Both the position numbers and the translations under genes were made by a program. The notes below the pieces were generated by a model, which had not been told where the DNA came from, searched no databases, and saw nothing but the letters and a program-made list of their open reading frames with translations. Shown here one piece after another: positions 1 to 6,449 of a stretch of 11,603 bases of DNA (position 1 is the first letter of the stretch; the number at the start of each line of letters is the position of its first letter). This DNA is from Oligoflexus sp. (GTDB taxonomy: Bacteria > Bdellovibrionota_B > Oligoflexia > Oligoflexales > Oligoflexaceae): contig JBGSTX010000004.1 in assembly GCA_041736305.1 (NCBI GenBank), forward strand, positions 1 through 11,603, given 5' to 3'.

Positions 1-354
1 CTTGGGCATCAGGCGATAGGGCAGGCTTTCGGTGGCAAAGTAGTCCGGGCAGGCAAACTGATGCATGGCAAAACCTCTGTAATCAAACACAAAGGTATCG
101 GCGTCTTCAAGTCGCTCCCGAACCCACTCGAAGTCACTCGCTATCATTCACTGATTGTTGAAAGATCGTCCTTGCCGAAGACCCTCGAAGTGACAGCGAC
201 GACGGAGGACGGGCTCATCATGGGACTTCGCCATAAAAAATTTCTAGTCGAAGGCGTGCAGTTTCATCCTGAATCTTATACGACTGAGCATGGCATGCAG
301 ATGCTGGAGAACTTTCTCAAAGCGGCGAGCGGTAAAAGGAGCGGGCGAGGGTGA
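1..354 (+). CDS. trpG: Anthranilate synthase component II / class I glutamine amidotransferase (5'-truncated by window)
   Basis: Frame 1 is open from base 1 ([26 protein letters not shown]...), starting just after the catalytic Cys of the CLGHQ motif. RYHSL and VQFHPES motifs are present. The stop overlaps the trpD start (GTGA). The ORF-track start at 61 is an internal Met. The sequence alone cannot exclude shared PabA function. Confidence 0.93.
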   Translation, partial: LGHQAIGQAFGGKVVRAGKLMHGKTSVIKHKGIGVFKSLPNPLEVTRYHSLIVERSSLPKTLEVTATTEDGLIMGLRHKKFLVEGVQFHPESYTTEHGMQMLENFLKAASGKRSGRG

Positions 355-1349
355 AAGTTTTTTTACAAAAGCTTTTTCAGGGCGAGACTCTCTCCATCGA
401 AGAAGCTGAAGCCGCCATGCAGGCGATGATGCGAAGCGAAGCCAGCCCCGAGGAGATGGCGGGCTTTCTCGGAGCCATTGCCAGTCGCGGCGAGACGGTA
501 GCTGAAATAGTCGGCTGCGCCCGTGCTATGCGTCGCCAAGGGAGATTGCTCAAGCTCGAGCGCGAAGACCTCATCGATGTCTGTGGAACCGGTGGTGATG
601 GTGCCGACACCTTTAATATATCGACCTGCAACGCCCTTATCCTCGCATCTGCCGGCCTGGGTGTTGCCAAGCATGGTAATCGTGCGGTTTCGAGTCGAGC
701 GGGCAGCGCTGACGTCTTGGAAGCGTTGGGGATACGCATCGACCTTAGCGTTGAAGAAGCAGCAGACTGTCTCGATAAAAAAGGCTTCGCCTTTCTCTTT
801 GCTCCTCTCTACCATCCAGCAATGAAGTCGGTTGCCGCTGTACGAAAGAGTCTCGGCGTGCGAACCCTTTTCAATATACTCGGCCCCCTTTGCAATCCGG
901 CTCAAGTGAAGCGTCAAGTTGTAGGCGTTTTTGCTGAAAAATGGCTGGATCCCGTGGCGGAAGCCTTGCAAAATCTGGGCACTCAGGAAGCTTTAGTAGT
1001 TTGGGGTAGTGACGGACTCGATGAGATTAGTCTCGGTGGGGTCACTCATGCCGTCCATCTCAAAGACGGTCAGCGTCGACGCATCGCCCTGAGTCCGCAA
1101 GATTTTGGACTGCGGACTCAGCCTCTGAGCGAAGTAAAGGGTGGCGATAAGCAAGCGAACGCCCGCATGATCGAAGAAATACTCGAGGGCCAAGCGGGCC
1201 CCAAGCGCGACATCGTGCTGATGAATGCAGGGGCCGCTCTGGTGGTCGCCGGCCTCGCTCAAACCTGGCGGGATGGAGCCGCTATCGCTGCGGCTCTGAT
1301 CGATTCAGGTCGCGCTCTCGCTAAACTTGAACAGTTGAGGTCTGTATGA
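351..1349 (+). CDS. trpD: Anthranilate phosphoribosyltransferase
   Basis: [41 protein letters not shown] and GLDEIS motifs. GTG start overlapping the trpG stop, with AGGAG upstream. Confidence 0.97.
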   Translation: MKVFLQKLFQGETLSIEEAEAAMQAMMRSEASPEEMAGFLGAIASRGETVAEIVGCARAMRRQGRLLKLEREDLIDVCGTGGDGADTFNISTCNALILASAGLGVAKHGNRAVSSRAGSADVLEALGIRIDLSVEEAADCLDKKGFAFLFAPLYHPAMKSVAAVRKSLGVRTLFNILGPLCNPAQVKRQVVGVFAEKWLDPVAEALQNLGTQEALVVWGSDGLDEISLGGVTHAVHLKDGQRRRIALSPQDFGLRTQPLSEVKGGDKQANARMIEEILEGQAGPKRDIVLMNAGAALVVAGLAQTWRDGAAIAAALIDSGRALAKLEQLRSV

Positions 1350-2146
1350 TGAAGCCAAAACCATCGAGCGTACTCTATAAAATCGCGGAAAGTACGCAGC
1401 AGAGAGTGGCTCTCGCTCAGAGCCGCATTCCACTCGAAAGTCTGATCGATGCCTGGGACGAAGATCAGCGGCGTCCGCACGATTTTCGATCTATCTTCAG
1501 CCGCGAAGGCTTACAGATAATCGCTGAAGTTAAACTGGCGAGTCCCTCGGTCGGCGATATCGCGCCCCAGCTCAAGCCGCTGGAGGTGGCCAGTAGCTAC
1601 CTGCGCAATGGTGCTGCGGCTCTCTCAGTCCTGACCGAGCCGGTCTACTTCAAAGGCTGTCTCGAGTATCTGCGAGGTATTCGCGCCGCCAATCCTGGAG
1701 CTTACCTGCTGCAAAAAGATTTTATCATTGATACCTACCAGCTTTATGAAGCAGCTCTCGCTGGAGCTGATGCGATCCTCCTCATCGTCGCTCTGCTGGG
1801 GGAAGAGGAGACGCTGGCGCTGATGCAGGCTGCCGAAAGCCTCGGTCTCTCAGCGCTGGTCGAGGTGCACGACGCAGCCGAGCTGGCTATTGCCCAGCGG
1901 GTTGGAGCTCGCCTCATAGGCATCAATAATCGCAATCTCAACGACCTCTCTATCTCGCTGGACGTATCGGTGAAGCTGCTTAAAGAGAAGACTCCTGGCA
2001 CACGCATGATCTGCGAGAGTGGGCTGGAAACAAAGGATGATCTCGTTCGCCTCCGTCAGCTGGGGGCAGATGGCTTTCTGGTTGGGACCAGTCTCATGAA
2101 GACCGGCGAACCTGGACCGGCCCTGGCGAGGCTTATTCATGGCTAG
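1346..2146 (+). CDS. trpC: Indole-3-glycerol phosphate synthase
   Basis: IIAEVKLASPS, LSVLTEP, KDFIID.YQ, LVEVH, IGINNRNL, ESG and LVGTSLM motifs. ATGA overlap with trpD, and GAGG upstream. The start is 1346 or the adjacent ATG at 1349. Confidence 0.97.
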   Translation: MMKPKPSSVLYKIAESTQQRVALAQSRIPLESLIDAWDEDQRRPHDFRSIFSREGLQIIAEVKLASPSVGDIAPQLKPLEVASSYLRNGAAALSVLTEPVYFKGCLEYLRGIRAANPGAYLLQKDFIIDTYQLYEAALAGADAILLIVALLGEEETLALMQAAESLGLSALVEVHDAAELAIAQRVGARLIGINNRNLNDLSISLDVSVKLLKEKTPGTRMICESGLETKDDLVRLRQLGADGFLVGTSLMKTGEPGPALARLIHG

Positions 2147-2807
2147 GGCTCGAGTTAAAATATGCGGTTTAACCCGCAAAGAAGATGTGCAGCTGGCCAT
2201 TGACTTGGGGGCCTGGGCTTTGGGTTTTATCTTTTACCCGCCCAGTCCTCGTTATGTCGAGCCTGAAGCAGTGGGGCGGATCCTCCGCGAGCTCCGCGCC
2301 GAAGGTTACCGCATACCTAAGACGGTCGGCGTCTTCGTGAACAGCGAAGCAGAGGTGATGCGGGCAGCCCTCAAAAAGAGCGGCGTGGATACGATTCAGA
2401 TGCACGGCGATGAGGAGGCAGCTACTCTCAGCGCGTTCAAAGATTGGCCTATCATCAAAGCTTTCCGCTTTAAAGAGCGCGAGCAGTTTAAGGGCCTTGC
2501 TGCTTTTGAGAATCATACTGAAGCTTTTCTCTTCGATGCTGCGGTCCCAGGAGCCTATGGGGGTACCGGACATCAGGCGGACTGGGATCTCCTCTTCAGC
2601 GAAATTAAAGGTCCTAAGCCTTTCCTACTCTCCGGTGGGCTCAAAGTAGAAAACATTCGGGCGGCCTTAGAGCGCTTTGCGTCCCATCCCTCTTTTTATG
2701 CTCTCGATCTCTCGTCTGGTGTCGAACAAGGTCCTGGGGTCAAAGATCCTCAGAAACTCAAAAGTCTCTTCAACGAAGTGGGAGCTTCCCATGCAATCAC
2801 AACCTGA
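2139..2807 (+). CDS. trpF: Phosphoribosylanthranilate isomerase
   Basis: VKICGLT, GFIF..SPRYV, VGVFVN, IQMHGDE, GGTG..ADW, LSGGL and DLSSGVE..PGVKD motifs. 8-nt overlap with trpC. Confidence 0.97.
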   Translation: MARARVKICGLTRKEDVQLAIDLGAWALGFIFYPPSPRYVEPEAVGRILRELRAEGYRIPKTVGVFVNSEAEVMRAALKKSGVDTIQMHGDEEAATLSAFKDWPIIKAFRFKEREQFKGLAAFENHTEAFLFDAAVPGAYGGTGHQADWDLLFSEIKGPKPFLLSGGLKVENIRAALERFASHPSFYALDLSSGVEQGPGVKDPQKLKSLFNEVGASHAITT

Positions 2808-3966
2808 TCGTCGTGGATATTTTGGTCGTTTTGGTGGTCGCTTTGTTCCAGAAACTCTCTATAAGCCTGTCGTCGAGCTCGAAGAAGCTTATGCGCGCTA
2901 CAGCAAGGATCCAAGCTTTCAAGCTGAGCTCAAGCATATTCTTAAGACTTACGTGGGACGCCCGACACCGCTCTCTTACGCGGCGCGTCTCACTGAAGCT
3001 TTAGGTGGCGCAAAAATTTATCTCAAGCGCGAGGATCTCACCCATACGGGCGCTCATAAGATCAACAACGCGCTCGGGCAAGTTCTGCTCGCGAAGAAAA
3101 TGGGTAAGACCCGCATCGTCGCTGAAACGGGAGCCGGTCAGCACGGAGTGGCGACGGCGACAGCTGCCGCTCTCTTCGGTCTCGAATGCGTCGTTTATAT
3201 GGGCAGCGTAGACATGGCCCGACAGGCTCCCAACGTCAAACGCATGAAGCTCCTCGGCGCTAAGGTCGAGGCGGTTGAAAGCGGGTCGAAGACGCTGAAG
3301 GATGCCGTCAACGAAGCGATGCGCGACTGGGTCACTCACGTTCATCATACCTTCTACTCCTTGGGATCAGCGCTTGGGCCCCACCCTTATCCGCAGATGG
3401 TGAGAGACTTTCATCGGATCATAGGCGATGAGGCGCGCGAGCAGATTCTCGCCGCGGAGGGTCGTTTGCCGGATGAACTTATCGCCTGCGTCGGTGGTGG
3501 AAGCAATGCGATCGGACTCTTCTTTGCTTTCTTGAACGACGAAAAAGTTCGTATGACAGGAGTGGAAGCCGGAGGCTTAAGTATCGATCCGGGCAAGCAC
3601 GCCGCTCGCTTTGCGGGGGGCAAGTTGGGTGTTCTGCATGGAGCCATGACTTATCTGCTGCAGAATGAGGATGGGCAGGTGCAGGAGACCCATTCGATTT
3701 CTGCAGGTCTCGATTATCCGGCCATCGGACCCGAGCATGCTTATTTGCACGAAGAGGGTCGTGCGCAGTACACCTATGCAAGCGATGCCGAAGCTCTGCA
3801 GGCCTTCCGCCAGCTCTCCAAGCTCGAGGGTATTATACCCGCACTCGAGAGCTCGCACGCTCTCGCCTACGCTGTGAAGAGAGCGCCACAGCTCGATAAA
3901 AAGCAAATTCTCCTGGTCAATCTCTCGGGCCGCGGTGACAAAGATCTCGAAGGAGTCAGTCTATGA
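2791..3966 (+). CDS. trpB: Tryptophan synthase beta chain
   Basis: [27 protein letters not shown] (PLP lysine), [27 protein letters not shown] and NLSGRGDKD motifs. Start reassigned to ATG 2791 (GGAG at 2781-2784), giving 391 aa and a 17-nt overlap with trpF. Confidence 0.97.
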   Translation: MQSQPDRRGYFGRFGGRFVPETLYKPVVELEEAYARYSKDPSFQAELKHILKTYVGRPTPLSYAARLTEALGGAKIYLKREDLTHTGAHKINNALGQVLLAKKMGKTRIVAETGAGQHGVATATAAALFGLECVVYMGSVDMARQAPNVKRMKLLGAKVEAVESGSKTLKDAVNEAMRDWVTHVHHTFYSLGSALGPHPYPQMVRDFHRIIGDEAREQILAAEGRLPDELIACVGGGSNAIGLFFAFLNDEKVRMTGVEAGGLSIDPGKHAARFAGGKLGVLHGAMTYLLQNEDGQVQETHSISAGLDYPAIGPEHAYLHEEGRAQYTYASDAEALQAFRQLSKLEGIIPALESSHALAYAVKRAPQLDKKQILLVNLSGRGDKDLEGVSL

Positions 3967-4781
3967 GTCGCTTGCAAAAGCGTTTGCAGCAGAGAAAGCT
4001 CGAAGGTCGGAAGAGCTTTGTCGCCTATCTTACCGCTGGAGATCCTCGCCTCGAGGAAACCCCAGCGCTGGTCGCAGCCTTGATTCACGGGGGTGTCGAC
4101 GTCATCGAGTTGGGGATACCTTTCTCGGATCCGCTAGCTGATGGTCCCGTCAACCAGCGGGCTGCCGAACGAGCTTTGGCTGCCGGCGCGAGTCTCAGCA
4201 AAATCCTCGAGATGGTTAAATCAATTCGAGCGGTGGACGCCGAGATTCCTCTGCTTATCTTCAGCTATCTCAACCCTATTCTCCAGATGGGCTTTGACGA
4301 ATTCGGCAAGCGAGCGGCTGCGGTAGGCATCGATGGAGTTCTAGTCGTCGACCTGCCTCCTGAGGAGGCTGATTCTTTCCGCCATGAAATGCGAATGTCT
4401 GGTCTCGATACTATCTTTTTGGCTTCGCCGACTAGCGATCTCGAGCGGCTGCGACAGGTGAATATACAGTCGAGCGGATTCGTCTACTACGTCTCACGGA
4501 TGGGTGTGACCGGCATGCAGTCGCAGCTTTCCGATACTCTGGAAGCCGAAATGCGTCTCGTGCGGCGCGAGGTCCAAAAGCCGATCATGCTGGGTTTTGG
4601 TATTACGAATGGGGCTCAGGCGGTTAGCGCCGCTGCTCTCGCTGACGGGATCATCATCGGTAGTGCGATCGTTAAGCTCATCGAGGATGGCCGAAATTCC
4701 CAGGAAAGACGGGATCTTATCTTTCATTTTGCAGCCGAAGTGCGTCGCGCCCTCGACGAGGCTTTCCAAAAAAGCATCTAA
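3963..4781 (+). CDS. trpA: Tryptophan synthase alpha chain
   Basis: [46 protein letters not shown] and GSAIV motifs. ATGA overlap with trpB, and AGGAG upstream. Confidence 0.97.
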   Translation: MSRLQKRLQQRKLEGRKSFVAYLTAGDPRLEETPALVAALIHGGVDVIELGIPFSDPLADGPVNQRAAERALAAGASLSKILEMVKSIRAVDAEIPLLIFSYLNPILQMGFDEFGKRAAAVGIDGVLVVDLPPEEADSFRHEMRMSGLDTIFLASPTSDLERLRQVNIQSSGFVYYVSRMGVTGMQSQLSDTLEAEMRLVRREVQKPIMLGFGITNGAQAVSAAALADGIIIGSAIVKLIEDGRNSQERRDLIFHFAAEVRRALDEAFQKSI

Positions 4782-4794
4782 AATCAAATAGTTA
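4782..4794 (+). promoter_or_regulatory. Candidate IHF binding site
   Basis: AATCAAATAGTTA is an exact match to the IHF consensus WATCAANNNNTTR, at the start of an AT-rich intergenic spacer. Confidence 0.5.
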
Positions 4795-4866
4795 TGGACT
4801 TGCTTTTTCTAGGCTCGGTATTTTATTTAAATGCGCCATATAAGCCCCTTTTTATAAAGATTAAAA

Positions 4867-4882
4867 TGGCATAGGTTTAGCT
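4867..4882 (+). promoter_or_regulatory. Candidate sigma54 (-24/-12) promoter for the lipoprotein gene
   Basis: TGGCATAGGTTTAGCT has GG at 4868-4869 and GC at 4880-4881 with exact N10 spacing and a TGGCA core, about 50 nt upstream of ATG 4934. Confidence 0.5.
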
Positions 4883-4933
4883 GCATAAATTATCCCCCGA
4901 TAGAGTTCTTAACTCTCTCACGTGAGGACTGCT

Positions 4934-5926
4934 ATGCAGACTGCGAATAAACTCTGGACTGGACTACTCTTCTTAAGCTTTGGCTTAAGCGGCTGTGGCC
5001 TTGCTCCAAGCTTTACGGCCGCGACCGCATCGCTTACGAAGGCGTCAGAGAAAAAGGAGCATTCTGATGTTCCCGTTGAGAAAGAAAAGGAGAAGGCTCA
5101 AGATATCTCCTCCGAGCCCACATCGGTAGGAGGAACCTACCTTACCTGTAGCACCTCAGGCGCAGCGCCCGGGCAAGATACGGTACAAATCGCTTGTAAC
5201 TTTGATCCCAAAGACTCGCCGGATTCTCCCGCAAGCATTACCTTCGCTTTCTCGCAAGGTACTTCACGGTCTAGCGCTTTGCCGCTCATGATCAGCTCGA
5301 GCGACGGGATGCAGGTCGATGAAGTGGCTTCTATGTGGAAATACACGTTCCGCTTTAGTCGAATTGGTCTCAGAGGGCCTTTGGTCTTTGCCGAGGTCAC
5401 AGATACATCGAAAGATCCCCATGCTAAGTATCGTGATTCTGTCGAGGTTCGTGGCCAAGAGATTATTTCTCTTCTTGGTCCCGAGGGCGGCTATGTAGGA
5501 GAGATTGGTCAGTGGCCTTCTGGTCCGTCGGATTCTAATTGTGTCATCGCGGGCGCTCCACTCCCGAAGAGTCTCAGTACCCAACACGCTTGGCCATTTG
5601 AAGTAAAATCGGATTTTGCGACCTTTAATTTAGATGTCGATGGCGTCTGTGGAGCGCGACCCGCGATAATAAATCGCAATAGTATAGAGATCAATGCGAC
5701 AGGTGTCGCAGATTCTTTACACACAATAAGATTGGATAATGACAGAAATAGTTTTTCACTTCGAGCCGTCACGCTTGCCAAAGGTAATTATCAGATATTC
5801 GTGAGAGGAGCTAACATAGCTCTATTTCCTGCTACGCTCTATGACAGCTTGCTCCTTCGTTCGATGCGTCTAGAACTCGTGAGTGGTGATTTAGTCATGG
5901 CAGCCGATCAGACTCTTGGAAACTGA
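4934..5926 (+). CDS. Hypothetical lipoprotein (signal peptidase II lipobox)
   Basis: ATG 4934 with GAGGA RBS at 4924-4928 (the track starts at GTG 4922). MQTANKLWTGLLFLSFG-LSGC gives an n-region, hydrophobic h-region and lipobox. A charged linker follows, then beta-rich regions with four further Cys. No family recognised. Confidence 0.8.
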   Translation: MQTANKLWTGLLFLSFGLSGCGLAPSFTAATASLTKASEKKEHSDVPVEKEKEKAQDISSEPTSVGGTYLTCSTSGAAPGQDTVQIACNFDPKDSPDSPASITFAFSQGTSRSSALPLMISSSDGMQVDEVASMWKYTFRFSRIGLRGPLVFAEVTDTSKDPHAKYRDSVEVRGQEIISLLGPEGGYVGEIGQWPSGPSDSNCVIAGAPLPKSLSTQHAWPFEVKSDFATFNLDVDGVCGARPAIINRNSIEINATGVADSLHTIRLDNDRNSFSLRAVTLAKGNYQIFVRGANIALFPATLYDSLLLRSMRLELVSGDLVMAADQTLGN

Positions 5927-5941
5927 ATCCGAAGCAAAATT

Positions 5942-5959
5942 CTGGGCATTATTGCCCGG
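5942..5959. repeat. Inverted repeat GGGCA-N4-TGCCC (weak terminator hairpin or protein-binding dyad)
   Basis: CTGGGCA TTAT TGCCCGG starts 16 nt after the lipoprotein stop. It is followed by a C/T-rich tract rather than a clean U-run. Confidence 0.35.
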
Positions 5960-6093
5960 CGTCTCCTCTCTCTATCTCCACCCTCATCTCTGAAACTTTT
6001 TCGCTACAGCATCCCGTCAAAAAAACCTCCTGGGCGTAGGTTTCTGCCTACATCAATACTCGAGCATGAGCCCATTTCTCAAGCTTTCGACAC

Positions 6094-6109
6094 TGGCACG
6101 AATCCTGAA
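6094..6109 (+). promoter_or_regulatory. Candidate sigma54 promoter for csbD
   Basis: TGGCACGAATCCTGAA has a perfect -24 element TGGCACG. The -12 element is a variant (CTGA instead of TTGC) at the correct spacing, about 54 nt upstream of the ATG. Confidence 0.45.
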
Positions 6110-6162
6110 GTAAGAGAGCAGTGGCAGTTAAGGAGCCTGATAAGCTCAACTAAGGAGGATTT

Positions 6163-6378
6163 ATGAACTGGGACGTAATCGAAGGCCAATGGAAAAATCT
6201 CAAGGGCAACATTCGTGAGAAGTGGGCAAAGCTCACAGATGACGATTATGAATTAATCGGCGGCAAAAAAGACAAGTTCGTCGGTAAGCTCCAGGAACGC
6301 TACGGCTACGGCAAAGACGAAGCGGAAAAAGAAGTCGACTCTTACATCGCTGGAATGAACAGCAACTATAAGCACTAG
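6163..6378 (+). CDS. csbD: CsbD/YjbJ family (UPF0337) general stress protein
   Basis: MNWDVIEGQWKNLKGNIREKWAKLTDDD...GKKDKFVGKLQERYGYGKDEAEKEV matches the YjbJ/CsbD signature. Strong TAAGGAGG RBS at 6151-6158. Confidence 0.93.
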   Translation: MNWDVIEGQWKNLKGNIREKWAKLTDDDYELIGGKKDKFVGKLQERYGYGKDEAEKEVDSYIAGMNSNYKH

Positions 6379-6414
6379 AAGAGCGCGTGAGTTCTGATTT
6401 TGAGTGTGAGTTTG

Positions 6415-6446
6415 AAGCCTCGAACTTATCAGTTCGAGGTTTTTCT
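6415..6446 (+). terminator. Intrinsic terminator after csbD, possibly bidirectional
   Basis: Stem CCTCGAACT (6418-6426), loop TATC, stem AGTTCGAGG (6431-6439), then TTTTT. It lies between convergent genes. Confidence 0.8.
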
Positions 6447-6449
6447 GCG

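Noticed and set aside
2677..2790. ORF-track N-terminal extension of trpB (429 aa)
   Set aside because: It overlaps trpF by 131 nt and has no TrpB-like sequence. ATG 2791 has an RBS and gives the normal length.
363..4791. Antisense and alternative-frame ORFs inside the trp genes (e.g. 363-971 minus, 2169-2573 minus)
   Set aside because: These are shadow ORFs of well-supported genes with no recognisable motifs.
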